A DNA stretch of 64,000 bases from Eledone cirrhosa (Eukaryota), in contig OZ024740.1 in assembly GCA_964016885.1 (NCBI GenBank), positions 423,460,001 to 423,524,000 of the forward strand, in the 5' to 3' direction. Numbering within the stretch: position 1 is the stretch's first letter; the number at the start of each line of letters is the position of its first letter. This document shows, in pieces, positions 13,281-27,128 of the stretch. Made by a program: the position numbers and the translations under genes. The notes beneath the pieces are model-generated. The model saw only the letters and a program-made list of their open reading frames with translations. It did not search any database and was not told the DNA's origin.

Positions 13281-13803
13281 AAAAACAAGAAGTGTAAGCC
13301 AACAGAGTAAAATTAGCCTCGTTTATTCATATTCGCTGCTATATATATACAACAGCTATGACCTCATCAGGCAGTAAGAACTTGAATAGAAAAAAACAGA
13401 AAAACAATGTAATAGATTTTACCTTGTTAATCCATTGATATGCTCAGATCCAGAGTGTGGTGTTAGTCCTCTAAGGAACTGAAAGCATATGCTTCCAGTT
13501 CCTCAGAGGTCTAACACCACACTCTGGTTCTGAGCATATCAATGGATTTACAAGGTAAAATATATTACGTCATGTTTTTTCTGTTCAAGTTCTTACTGTC
13601 TGATGAGGTCATAGCTGTTGAATAATGGCTATCACTGAAATATATATAGCAGCAAATATGAATAAACAAAGCTAATTTTACCCTGTTGACTTACACTTCT
13701 TGGTTTTACATTACTCTGGAGTAAACAGACCCAGCACACCTCGTTGAGTGCTCCAACCTGCACACTAAGGTGTCGGTAAACAACCAACACATACTCAAAA
13801 TTA
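13281..13803 (+). mobile_element. Palindromic PLE pLTR-like module with hammerhead and 3' tail
   Basis: Spacerless inverted repeat centred at 13488/13489; tail 13708-13803 resembles 42860-42958. Confidence 0.7.
13596..13652 (+). ncRNA. Type-I hammerhead ribozyme with minimal palindromic stem III
   Basis: ctgt-CTGATGA-ggtcatagct...ggctatcact-GAAA-tatata-TA-gcag. Confidence 0.75.
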
Positions 13804-14058
13804 TAAATATAAGGAAGAAAGATGAAATCGAAAATGCAACTGGAGTCTTTTTTTATAAAAATATATATTTATTTGGTTCCTTTACCAGTTTCGCAGTTCT
13901 TCTGCTTTTCAAAAGTAAAGTTGAGATGGAGGGTTTGAGGTTTTTCTCACAGTTGTGAGAAAAAAAACTCCAGTTGCATTTTCGATTTCATCTTTTTTCC
14001 TTATACTTTCACTCATGTAGGACACCTCGGTTTTTTTCATTTTGTAGAAAAACCTCAC

Positions 14059-14124
<66 letters not shown>

Positions 14125-14128
<4 letters not shown>

Positions 14129-15525
14129 GTGGTGTGGATGGGGTAGGGGTAGTGGGACGGGGGTGTATTTTTGTTAGAGGTGCCTACTGACTGTAGTAGG
14201 TTTCACTTTGTACTTAGATAAGGCGGGTCTTTGTATGACTGTGTAGCGCCAAAGATCTCGGTCCAGTGACATTGTCTTGGAGAGGTGTAAGTGTGTGAGG
14301 TCGGAATTTATCAGATCGTCCCAGGTTTTTCTGGGTCTGCCTACTCCGTCGCTACCGTCTATTTTTATTGCCCTGCACTTTTTTATACAGCTGTCGTCTT
14401 TCATGCGCATCACGTGACCGTATCAACGTAGTCTTCTCTCGAGTAAACAACATCTGATACCTCTTATTTCTAATTTTTCTCTTAGTTCGTTTATGCTTTG
14501 CCGTTCACATATATTACTATTACACATGCAGCGGAGCATGCAAGCTTCGTTCCTCTCCAGTCTGCGTATATCCTCTGCACACAATGCCCAGGTCTCACTG
14601 CCATGTAACATTGCTGTTCGTATGCAGGCATCATACAGCCTGCCTTTCATTTTTAGAGAGAACCCTTTAGCGGCTAATAGTGGTATAAGCTCTCGGAACT
14701 TTTTTCCATCCAGTTCTGACTCTAGCTACTGTACTTTCAAAGCACCCTCCACCACTGCTGATTTTGTCACCCAGGTAACTGAAGGTGTCCACTATTTCTA
14801 TAGAACCATCTGTGCAATGGAATGAGCTAGTATTCTGTGGGCACTTGCTGCTACTTATTGCACCAGAGCACCGGCCACATATAAAATCTATATTCTTAGT
14901 TAGTTTACCTGTGATCCTACTACATCTTTTATGCGCCCAGACTTTGCATTTGGGACATAAAATGGAGTTTCTGCCTACTCCTTTCCTACACACTGAGCAT
15001 GGCCATTTCCCAGATGGGACCAGTGCCCTATTTTCCTTCCTACAAACTAGAACTTTAGTCTTAGACAGGTTAATTTTAAGACCTTTTGACTCTAGGCCAT
15101 GCTTCCATGTTTGGAATTTCTTCTCTAGTTCAACCATTGATTCAGCTATGAGCGTTATATCATCTGCGTATAGGAGTTCCCATGGGCAGCCGGTCTTGAA
15201 CTCCTCTGTTATAGCCTGAAGGGCAATAATAAATAGTAGGGGGCTAAGGACGGAGCCCTGATGAACACCAACTTTTACGCTAAACTCTTTCGTGGTTAAT
15301 TCTAACCTTGCTGACTGTTTCTTTATACTCACAAGCCATTCATCAACACCAGATAATGGAGTGGAGGACTTTGTCAAAGGCTTTCTCCAAGTCAACAAAA
15401 GCTAAGTATAGGGGTTTACTTTTAGTTAGGTACTTCTCCTGTAGTTGTACAATGAAAAGAGCGTCTCTGGTACTTTACCTGACACAAACCCGAACTGCAT
15501 TTCATCTAGATCAATTCGCTCTCTG

Positions 15526-15527
<2 letters not shown>
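14125..15527 (-). mobile_element. RTE-clade LINE fragment, family RTE-b
   Basis: GVHQGSVLSP, ELLYADD, SGKWPCSVC; similar to 39163-40330. Confidence 0.9.
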
Positions 15528-15594
<67 letters not shown>

Positions 15595-15601
<7 letters not shown>

Positions 15602-15722
15602 ATGCCCTAAGGACAGACACTGGTCTGTTGGAGACGCAGGACATGGCAGCGATAATGAGGGACAGAGACCGCTGGAGAGATCTCGTCCATGGATCTCGGG
15701 AATTTTACCCGCCCTAGAAGGT
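15595..15722 (+). mobile_element. 3' end of RTE/RTEX-like LINE
   Basis: Inverse match to 20347-20476. Confidence 0.8.
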
Positions 15723-15835
15723 ATATATATGTATATATATGTGTATATATATATATATCTGTGTATATAAATGTATATATATATATCTATATGTATGTAT
15801 ATATATGTATATATCTATATCTATATGTATGTATA

Positions 15836-15942
<107 letters not shown>

Positions 15943-16009
15943 ATATATGTATATATATATGTATATATATATATATAAGAACAAAAGATGGTTAAAAGAG
16001 TTCCATGTA

Positions 16010-16076
16010 TTTTATTATGCGCATTTCAAAAACAAATATCATCATGCAATAATATTTGTGTTTTCATCAGATAAAA
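16010..16076 (-). ncRNA. Type-I hammerhead ribozyme (inverted copy)
   Basis: Reverse complement of 16222-16288. Confidence 0.8.
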
Positions 16077-16221
16077 CAGGAGGACATGATATGAAGGTTA
16101 AAAAACACTTGTGGATAGTTCAGTTTTAAATCAACATATATACATATATATATATATGATATGTTGATTTAAAACTGAACTACCCACAAGTGTTTTTTAA
16201 CCTTCATATCATGTCCTCCTG

Positions 16222-16288
16222 TTTTATCTGATGAAAACACAAATATTATTGCATGATGATATTTGTTTTTGAAATGCGCATAATAAAA
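16222..16288 (+). ncRNA. Type-I hammerhead ribozyme
   Basis: ttttat-CTGATGA-long stem II-GAAA-tgcgca-TA-ataaaa; perfect stem I, palindromic stem III. Confidence 0.85.
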
Positions 16289-16433
16289 TACATGGAACTC
16301 TTTTAACCATCTTTTGTTCTTATATATTATGTATACTCCAATCCTACAAACTGTAGAGTGCTTCTTATCCGATATCTGCATTGTTTTATTGTACTACAAT
16401 AAAACTCACCTCCTACATATGTATATATATATG

Positions 16434-16522
<89 letters not shown>

Positions 16523-16541
16523 GTGTATATATATATGTATG

Positions 16542-16620
<79 letters not shown>

Positions 16621-16768
16621 GTTGTTATACTTTGGGAGGGTCATGTTGCCAATAAGAAACACACGCACCAGTTGCTTTCACTTCAATTTATTATATATTT
16701 ATAAATTTACAAATTTATAAATTTCTGGTTGGTTGGTTGGTTCCACAACCAGATAGTTGTTTATATAT

Positions 16769-16813
16769 AGTCATAGTTCTTTCGTCACACACTCTGTGAC
16801 CTCTTCAGTGACT
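16769..16813 (-). ncRNA. Type-I hammerhead in PLE pLTR
   Basis: Reverse complement of 18938-18982. Confidence 0.8.
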
Positions 16814-17015
16814 GGGGACTCCTTTCTTTGTTTCTGTGCCTCTCCTTTGTTCTGTCCTACGCCATTTTGTTTCTGTGTGTGTGTTGTGTGCTCAGTCTGC
16901 GCATGCGCCACATCCGGGTGTCTGTGTGTGTTTATGTTCATTTATCTATTTGTTTATTTACATGTTACTGGTTGGTTATTTGTTCTATGTGTCTGTGTGT
17001 GTTTTCATTTTGTCC

Positions 17016-18671
17016 TTAATTGTAAGTTGTGATGTTGCTGTTCCACTCATATTTTCTATTTAATTTTGGTTGTAATTCTTTTATGTTTATTGCCTCTGTA
17101 ATTTGTCTAAACATTGCGTCTTTTCTGTGTGTAGATTCTATTTTTATTTCTATGTTCTCTAATTTACCCTTGTGTTCTATCTTAGCATGTTGGTTGAGTA
17201 CAGTTGATTCTTTATTATCTTGAAGGTCTCGCCAGTGTTCATTTATCCGTTCCCCTACGCTACGAGCTGTCTCACCTATGTACACTATATTTTTGTCTCT
17301 ACATTGTCCTTCGGTACATCTTATGCTATACACTACATTTCTAGTTTTACAGTTAATATGGGGGCTTATTTTACAGGTTATACATTTCTTATCTATACAT
17401 GAGGGTCTTTGAAAAGGGTATGTCTTGCTAATAAGTGTTTTTACGGAGGTACCTGGTCTTTCTACTATCTTAATATTGAGTTTATGTTTATTTAGGGCCC
17501 TTCTAAATTTGTAAGCTAGTTCACCTCTAGGGGTTGTATCGATGAACATTACACTCTGGTATTTATTGCTATCATACCATAAGTTTATTCTATTAGCCTT
17601 GTTCCTAGTTCTTTCTATTCTATTCCAAAATTTGCTCCTATACAAGGGGCAGGTCCCATTTATGTCATTATTTACCATTTTTTCCCATTTGGTTCTGGTT
17701 CCTCTATATACTCTGATTCTATCTCTCTGATTGTAGCCAGATTACTGCATACGGTGGATGAAGTGTTGTATGTGTCTCTCTAGTTCTTCGGGGTTGCACA
17801 CGCGGGACACATTTCTCATCACCCGTACCAAATCCGCAATCAGTATGTTGATTTTGGTATGGTCCGAAACGGCCGAGTTTCGGTGGATCAGATGTTTGGA
17901 AGTCATGGGTTTGGCATAATGGGAATGGAGGATTTGTTTTTTGTTGTTAATGGTATCTAACCAGAGCTCTGTGTCTAGTACAGGTAATCGATGGTTGGGG
18001 TGTTTACTTGGGTAGTCTATAGTAACTCTAATGCTCTGGTGGATGGAGTTTGCTATTTGCTGGATGCTTTCCATTGTGTTTTTCTCTAGTTCCTGACTGT
18101 TCTCTAGTGGGGGTGTCTTAACTACGATGTTTATATCATCTACGTAGCGGGAGTACATTATCAGGGTTAAGGGGTCTTCTAATTGTTCTTTAAGTTTAAG
18201 TTTAAGTCTACTGTCCCACCATACCATGAATAAGTTAGCTATGTCGCCTGCAATGCTAACACCAATGGCTGCTCCTTCCTCTTGGGCATATGTTTTTCCA
18301 TTAAATTTGAACATATGTTCCTTAAGGGTTAGTTTTATGCTGGCCCCTACCGCATGTGCAATCATTTTCTTCAGTTCATCGTGGTTTTCGGGTGTCCGTA
18401 TGGCTCTGGTCCACCCGTTCCATCTATCTGTGTGGGTTTTCTTGGCCATTGAGGTAATGGTAGGTGGTCTGCCTCTTGCTGGTCTTGTAGGGCACAGGTT
18501 GCTAAGGTCATATGTGTCTAGGTAACTATTACTATAGGTAAGCTTAAGTAGGAGTCCCAGCTCACTGGTATCAATCCCACGGAACTCAACCTTGCTCTCA
18601 CTGATCATTTCTACGCATTTCTCCACAGCAAAATCCACGTCAATAGATGGATACAGGGACACAACATCCAT
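17016..18671 (-). pseudogene. PLE RT plus GIY-YIG endonuclease, one in-frame TAA at 17742-17744
   Basis: DVVSLYPSI, GAAIG, YSRYVDDI, LPVLD; NVVYSIRC..YIGETARSVGERINEH; the two ORFs share a frame. Confidence 0.9.
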
Positions 18672-18937
18672 ACTGCCTATTAAATAGAATTAAATAGAAA
18701 ATATGAGTGGAACAGCAACATCACAACTTACAATTAAGGACAAAATGAAAACACACACACACATAGAACAAAGAACCAACCAGTAACATGTAAATAAACA
18801 AATAGATAAATGAACATAAACACACACAGACACCCGGATGTGGCGCATGCGCAGACTGAGCACACAACACACACACAGAAACAAAATGGCGTAGGACAGA
18901 ACAAAGGAGAGGCACAGAAACAAAGAAAGGAGTCCCC

Positions 18938-18982
18938 AGTCACTGAAGAGGTCACAGAGTGTGTGACGAAAGAACTATGACT
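18938..18982 (+). ncRNA. Type-I hammerhead in inverted PLE pLTR
   Basis: agtca-CTGAAGA-g gtcaca gagtg tgtgac-GAAA-gaac-TA-tgact. Confidence 0.8.
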
Positions 18983-19248
18983 ATATATAAACAACTATCT
19001 GGTTGTGGAACCAACCAACCAACCAGAAATTTATAAATTTGTAAATTTATAAATATATAATAAATTGAAGTGAAAGCAACTGGTGCGTGTGTTTCTTATT
19101 GGAAACATGACCCTCCCAAAGTATAACAATATCGGTTTCAACGCACGATTTCAGATAAAGAATCTTGCTAAACAAATTCAGAAACGAAATATATATATAT
19201 GTATATATATATATATGTATGTATATATATATATATATATATGTATAT

Positions 19249-19759
<511 letters not shown>

Positions 19760-19769
19760 TATATACATA

Positions 19770-19988
<219 letters not shown>

Positions 19989-20001
19989 CATACATATATA
20001 T

Positions 20002-20162
<161 letters not shown>

Positions 20163-20346
20163 CATATATATATATACATATATATATACGTATATATACA
20201 TACATATAGATATATAGATATATATACATATATATACATACATATAGATATATATATATATACATATATATACATACATATAGATATATAGATATATACA
20301 TTTATATACACACATATATATATACACATATATATACATATATATA

Positions 20347-20835
20347 CCTTCTAGGGCGAGTAAAATTCCCGAGATCCATGGACGAGTTCTCTCCAGCGGT
20401 CTCTGTCCCTCATTATCGCTGCCATGTCCTGCATCTCCAACAGACCAGTGTCTGTCCTTAGGGCATCAACATATGTTAACCTTGGTCTTCCTCTTCCAGT
20501 GTGTCCATGTAGGGGCTCCCAAAGGAGCACTGAGTGCAATGCCAACTCTGGATGTCGGTGAGCATGTCCAGCTAACCTCAGTCTCCTCCGTGTCACTTTT
20601 GAGCTGACTTTTGGGAGGCTCCCATTCAGCGCTGTGTTTTTCATCCTCAGTGTATACTGATTAATGTTCAGAGCCATCCTCATGTAGCACCCACCCACCA
20701 ACTGAGTGAGTTTCTTGGTCAGTGTCCAAGTCTCAGACCCGTACAGCAGTACAGACTCCACTATAGCAATGAAGAGGCGGATTTCCAGGTCTTTACGAAG
20801 GTCTGACTTCTAGCAACCATCGTTGCTCATTTGTT
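20347..20835 (-). mobile_element. RTE/RTEX-like LINE 3' fragment
   Basis: ESVLLYGSETWTL, RRLRLAGH, LLWEP, GRGRPRLTY. Confidence 0.8.
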
Positions 20836-21074
20836 CAACAAAGGAACGCTGTACTAATTTCAAGCTTATTAGCTATCATCAGCAACGTATACCTTCCTGC
20901 CAGATGGTTGAACATCTGAAAGTATATACTTTCCTTATGCATATTAACGGCTGAGCAGCCTAATTTGCATATCGAGTGAGTTAATCGGCCGGGGTACCGA
21001 AAACGATAAACGGAAAAAATGAAACGAAATTTCATTTCCCACTCTTAGTACGACTGTTACTTAAATATAAGTAT

Positions 21075-21364
21075 GTACACGTACATACATATATGTATAC
21101 AGACGTACAGTATTATGTATATATATAGAGAGATACATGCACACATATATATATGTATACAGACGTACAGTAGTATGTATATATATATATATACAGGCAC
21201 ACATACATATATGTATACAGACGTACAGTAGTATGTATATATATATATATATATATACAGGCACACATACATATATGTATACAGACGTACAGTAGTATGT
21301 ATATATATATATATATATATATACATACAGGCTCACATACATATATGTATACAGACGTACAGTA

Positions 21365-21402
<38 letters not shown>

Positions 21403-21408
21403 GCTCAA
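21075..21408. repeat. Minisatellite of about 55-65 bp with variable (TA)n inside each unit
   Basis: Recurrent catacatatatgtatacagacgtacagtagtat block, about 5 copies. Confidence 0.85.
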
Positions 21409-21452
21409 ACGTTTAAGAATCTCTGCTATATGGTAACACCTTTAACAGACGC

Positions 21453-22165
21453 GACTGAGGTACCACTCAGACTGGAGTGTAGTGTCTCCCCCAACTGAGA
21501 TACCACTCAGACTGGAGTGTAGTGTCACCCCCAACTGAGGTACCACTCAGACTGGAGTGTAGTGTCTCCCCCGACTGAGTTACCACTCAGACTGGAGTGT
21601 AGTGTCTCCCCCGACTGAGGCATCACTCAGACTGGAGTGTAGTGTCTCCCCCAACTGAGGTACCACTCAGACTGGAGTGTAGTGTCTCCCCCGACTGAGG
21701 TACCACTCAGACTGGAGTGTAGTTCCCCCGACTGAGGTACCACTCAGACTGGAGTGTAGTGTCTCCCCCAACTGAGGTATCACTCAGACTGGAGTGTAGT
21801 GTCTCCCCCAACTGAGGTACCACTCAGACTGGAGTGTAGTGTCTCCCCCAACTGAGGTACCACTCAGTCTGGAGTGTAGTGTCACCCCCAACTGAGGTAC
21901 CACTCAGACTGGAGTGTAGTGTCTCCTCCGACTGAGGTACCACTCAGACTGGAGTGTAGTTCCCCCGACTGAGGTACCACTCAGACTGGAGTGTAGTGTC
22001 TCCCCCGACTGAGGTACCACTCAGACTGGAGTGTAGTGTCTCCCCCGACTGAGTTACCACTCAGACTGGAGTGTAGTGTCTCCCCCGACTGAGTTACCAC
22101 TCAGACTGGAGTGTAGTGTCACCCCCAACTGAGGTACCACTCAGACTGGAGTGTAGTGTCACCCA
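21453..22165. repeat. 40-bp tandem array, about 18 units
   Basis: Unit ACTGAGGTACCACTCAGACTGGAGTGTAGTGTCTCCCCC(A/G). Confidence 0.95.
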
Positions 22166-22601
22166 CTCCCTTTCTTTCGTTGCTTGATTCTTTGTAAAAT
22201 AAAATAACTTTAGTCAGAACAAACAGGAATTATGTTTTCAGAAAAGTATTTTCGGTGGGAAGGTCTTGGAATGTCTTGGAATATCTTGGGATATTGAGGT
22301 TGGGAATGTCTTGGAATGTCTTGGAATTGGTTGGAATGTCTTGGAATATCGAGGCTGGGAGTATCCTGTTTGTGTCACATGTGAAATCTCAAATCCGACC
22401 CAACAAAATATGGCCGCAAATCAACGGTGATCGTTTCTCCCTCCAAATAATGGATATCTTTAGATTGATGATCATTGATCTCCCATATTTGTCTCCGTTC
22501 CTGTACTGCCCATATATATTACTCTATTACATGTTCCAGCCGACAGGCCGAGGCCATGCTGGGGCACCCCCGTTATATATATACATCCATACATATATAT
22601 A

Positions 22602-23130
22602 TGTACAGCCACCGGAAATAACAGCTGTGAAATATACAGCGCCATCTACCTGTTAGCTAGCTACTTCAACGTGAAACAAAAGAACCCTTAGAACCTACCA
22701 GAATTAGAACCTACCAGAATAAGAACCTACCATAATAAACGCCTACACATCGGCTAAACAACAAAGGATTGTTCCTGTATAAATAGAGTGGTTCCTAACA
22801 CTTCGCTAGTCGACTTTTGGCAGAGTCAGCTAGCGCATCGTTGTTCCTTTACTCTGCCACGCTTTGTCACTCACACGCCTTGTATCTCGTATCGTCGCTT
22901 CATGTGAAAATAAATAGCTGATCGAATTTACATCTCGCCTTGCTTCGTCCTTTCAACTTGTGCTTTCGTCTGTCCATCTTCAGCAGTTCTTTTAAGGGCT
23001 ATATGCGACAACAGTCCTTTTAAGGGCTATCTTCAGATCTGATCAGACCGTATGCGATAAGAGTCCTTCTAAGGGCTATTCTCGGATCTGATCAGAAGTA
23101 GTGACTAGACTGACTAACCACGTCGCTACA
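22602..23130 (+). repeat. 5' LTR (529 bp)
   Basis: TGTACAGCC..GTCGCTACA; contains TATAAATA and AATAAA. Confidence 0.95.
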
Positions 23131-23132
23131 AT

Positions 23133-23143
23133 TGGTGACCCGA
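23133..23143 (+). promoter_or_regulatory. Primer-binding site, probably tRNA-Trp
   Basis: TGGTGACCC two bases after the LTR, complementary to a tRNA ending GGGUCACCA. Confidence 0.6.
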
Positions 23144-23189
23144 ACATGAGTCGAACGCACAACCAGACAGCACCTAAGAAAATATCAAC

Positions 23190-24058
23190 ATGGACATGTC
23201 ACAAACGACAGAAGCCGAGATACCAACCACACAAGCAGCGTTAACATTGAAAGTCCCCGTATTTTGGTCTAACGACCCGACTCTGTGGTTCGCTCACATA
23301 GAAGCGCAATTCACCGCGAACAGAATTAAGAACGATGCCGCAAAACTCACCTACATCATTGGATCTGTCCCGCCAGAAGTCTTGGCTGAGGTGAGGGACC
23401 TCGTCATGGCACCGCCGGGCACGGTGTCATCTGAATCATTCCGCAAGGAATTGATCAAGCGGACGACCGCGTCACAGCAGAGACGACTCAACCAACTCGT
23501 GTCTGCAGAAGAATTGGGGGACAGAAAACCGTCCCAACTATTGCGAAAGATGAGACAGCTGATGGAGGACCAGCCGCTCTCAGAAGATCTGCTGAAACGG
23601 TTGTTCATACAGCGCTTGCCCTTATCGATGCAGGGCATTCTGGCGTCGACTAACGAGTCAGCAACCCCGGAGAAACTGGCGAGTGTCGCAGATAAGATCG
23701 CTGAGGTATCAAACCCTTTTGCCTCAGTAGCACAGGTAGATCGTCGGACGAACCCTTACGTAGCGTCCTCGGACTCCACCTCCGAGATTGCAGCGTTTCG
23801 GGCTATGATCAGAGAGCAGGCTGGTCAAATCAAAGCCCTCTCAAACCAATTAGAAAGCCTGACCTTGCAACATACCGGCGGCGCAGCAACAGTCGGTCCA
23901 GACCCTTTCACCGTCAAAGATCGAGAAGTCCCAGTCAAAATCGTGTGTCTGGTAACCTCTGCTGGTATCACGAGGAATTCGGCGCTCGGGCATCTAAGTG
24001 TAGGGCCCCGTGCTCTTTCCAGAATACCACCCAGGGAAACGGGCAGACCAGGGCCTAG
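23190..24058 (+). pseudogene. gag: Gypsy gag, frameshifted near 23870
   Basis: KVPVFWSNDPTLWFAHIEAQF, LGDRKPSQLLRKM; true C-terminus [22 protein letters not shown] lies in another frame ending in TAG at 24056-24058. Confidence 0.85.
24034..24040 (+). promoter_or_regulatory. -1 ribosomal frameshift slippery site G GGA AAC
   Basis: X XXY YYZ heptamer in the gag C-terminal frame; pol is in the -1 frame. Confidence 0.7.
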
Positions 24059-27000
24059 CGACGACGTTCACCCCTGGTACTGAAAAGAAAAGTCGTATAT
24101 TTTTTATTAACGACCAGGCGACAGGCATCCGATACCTCGTGGATACAGGAGCCCAGGTCAGTGTTATTCTGGTTTCACTGATCTCGGGCAAAAGACACCC
24201 AACACCGTCCTTTCTGCAGGCAGTGAATCAATCGTCAATTCCGACTTTCGGGGAGAATTCTCTGACCCTCAATTTAGGCCTGAGGCGGCGTTTTCAATGG
24301 GTGTTCGTCGTGGCAGACCTGCCGACCCCTATCCTAGGAGCCGATTTTCTCCACCACTTCAACCTTCTGGTGGATATGAAGAACCGGAGGCTTATCGACA
24401 CCACCACAAACCTCACTGTGAGAGGTATATTTACGACGCAATCCACAGTGAGCCCTGTAATGTGCCAGTCAGAGCCTTCGCGGTACAACGGCATTCTCCA
24501 GAAATACCCAGACATCACTCGCCCGGTATTTAAGGATGGTCCCATTAAGCATAGTGTCACGCACCAATTCGAGACAAAGGGACCACCCACAGCTGCCCGA
24601 CCAAGGAGACTGCCTCCAGACCGATTTAGAATTGCCAAGCAGGAGTTCCAACACATGCTGGACCTCGGAATCATTCGCCCTTCCTCCAGCAACTGGTCTG
24701 CACCCCTACACCTTGTTCCAAAAAAAAACGAGAATGATTGGCGACCATGTGGGGATTATCGTGCACTTAACAATTCTACAGTGCCCGATAATCACCCTGT
24801 ACCTCACCTGCACGATTTTTCCGCCTTTCTGCAAGGCGCACGCATCTTTTCCAAGGTAGATTTGGTGCGTGCATATAACCAGATACCTATGGAGCCTGCA
24901 GACATTCCGAAGACCGCAATCACAACACCGTTCGGTTTATTCGAATTCCTGCGAATGCCGTTCGGTCTGCGCAACGCTGCACAAACTTTTCAGCGGTTCA
25001 TTGACACCGTGTTACGCGATCTACACTTCGTATACGTGTATATTGACGACGTACTGGTAGCAAGTGCTTCCGAGAATGAACACGAGAAGCACTTAGATCT
25101 CCTTTTCCGACGTTTGGCTGAGTACGGTATCATCATCAACCCCAGCAAGTGCCTTCTCGGCGTTCCTTCACTGTCCTTTCTCGGGCACATCATCGATAAA
25201 GACGGCATTCGTCCACTTCCCGAGAAAGTAGAAGCTATCCGCAGTTTTCTCGCACCTACATCACTTCGGAAACTGCGTGAATTCCTCGGTCTGGTGAATT
25301 TTTATAGGCGGTTTATCCCTCATTGTTCCGACGCAGCCAGACTTCTCACGGACCTTCTTCGTAACCGGACTCGCAAAAACGAAGAGATCACTCCGAACGG
25401 GGAAGAATTAACATCTTTTAACTGCCTGAAGGAAATGTTGGCAAACGCTTCCATGCTCGTTTTCCCCAGGTCTGGTGCCCCTCTTTCGCTGCTAGTGGAC
25501 GCATAAGACACGAGGGTTGGAGGCGTTCTACAACAACATTCGACGGCTTGTGGCAACCCTTATCCTTCTTTTCTAAGCGGTTGCAACCGGCAGAAACGAA
25601 ATACAGTACCTTTGGCCGCGAACTTTTGGCAACCTATCTTTCGGTTAAGCATTTCGTGATCTACACGGACCATAAACCACTAGTTTATGCGTTCCGTACC
25701 AAACCTGATCGACATTCACCGAGAGAACTCCGACACCTGGATTTTGTCTCCCAATATTCAACTGATATTCGGCATATCAAGGGATCAGACAACGTAGCAG
25801 CCGACGCCCTGTCCCGAATCCAGCTGAACGCAATACATGTGCATTCAGGCATCGACCTTCAACAGATCGCAGCTGACCAAGAGACTGACGAAGAGTTTAT
25901 CAAGCTCCGAGATTCGCCATCCCTCAAGTTTCAGCAAGTTCCCATTCCTTCTTCTCCGGGACAAATTTGGTGCGACCTTTCTACCGGTCATGAACGACCG
26001 TACGTACCACAGATGCATCGTCGACAAGTTTTTTCTGCTTTACACTGCTTGTCTCACCCGGGAATCCGGGCTACACAGAAACTCATCTCTGCTCATTTTG
26101 TGTGGACTAACATTAACAAGGACGTGCGCGACTGGTCCAGGAGCTGCATTGCCTGCCAGAAAGCCAAAGTCCACAGACACATCAAAACTCCACTTGGCAC
26201 ATTCGCGCAACCTGATGCACGTTTTCATCATGTACATATCGACATCGTCGGACCTCTACCACCATCACAGAACTACACACACTTGCTCACCTGCATAGAT
26301 CGATTTTCTCGTTGGCCTGAGGCTTTTCCCATAAATGATACCTCAGCGGAAACAGTCGCTAAAACTTTGGTTTTACACTGGGTATCACGTTATGGCGCCC
26401 CAGCGAAGATAACAACGGACAGAGGACGCCAATTTGATTCCCACCTCTTCAGGGAACTGACTCGCCTTTTAGGATGTAAACACATCGGCACGACAGCTTA
26501 TCACCCGCAAGCTAATGGTCTCGTGGAAAGATTCCATCGCCAATTGAAAGCTGCAATAAAAGCATATCCAGACAAGACACACTGGTTTGAATACCTACCA
26601 CTCATCCTTCTGGGCATTCGATCCACCGTTAAGGAGGAATTCGGACACACACCTGGTTCGGACACCACCCTGGTTCTACCTGGTCAGATGGTTGCTCCCA
26701 TCTCTCCTCAGGATGTTCCAGACCCAGGATCATACGTACACCGTCTTCGACAATATATGTCTCACCTTGCTCCTGCAAGCACCCGTCAACAGAACACGGC
26801 CACACACGTACCTTCAGACATTAAAGATTGGACACACGTTTTCGTTCGAAACGACACCATCTCAGCTCATCTTCGACCTCCATATTCTGGCCCTTATCGT
26901 GTTCTAAAAAAATATCCGAAATATTTTATTCTCGATCTAGATGGTAAACAGAATTCTGTCAGCGTGGACAGATTAACAAAAGCCATCATGGATACTGTTA

Positions 27001-27128
27001 TAGTCTCTACACCAGAAACTCCAACAGATTGCTGTCCCAGCGATCCACCTGTTTCATCTCCAGTCACGAGAAGCGGACGACGCGTCCATTGGCCCGCAAA
27101 GTTGGCACAATATGTGAATTACTGTTAA
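24034..27128 (+). pseudogene. pol: Gypsy pol (protease, RT, RNase H, integrase), with stop and frameshift at about 25504-25550
   Basis: LVDTGA; YIDD; TDHKPL, ADALSR; HHCC; HIDIVGP, TTDRG, NGLVER; PYSGPY. Confidence 0.92.

Larger units (their letters stand above)
15972..16416 (+). mobile_element. Palindromic pLTR-like module with two hammerheads and a 3' tail
   Basis: Arms about 15972-16139 and 16159-16326; tail to 16416; embedded in (TA)n. Confidence 0.7.
16622..19129 (-). mobile_element. 5'-truncated Penelope-like element with inverted pLTRs (16622-17065 and 18688-19129)
   Basis: RT and GIY-YIG coding region between about 440-bp inverted repeats, each with a hammerhead. Confidence 0.9.

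Noticed and set aside
17742-17744. Recoded stop (selenocysteine) between PLE RT and endonuclease
   Set aside because: Codon is TAA, not TGA; best read as a Tyr-to-stop lesion
21453-22165. CRISPR-like array (palindromic 40-bp repeats)
   Set aside because: No unique spacers, no cas genes, eukaryotic context
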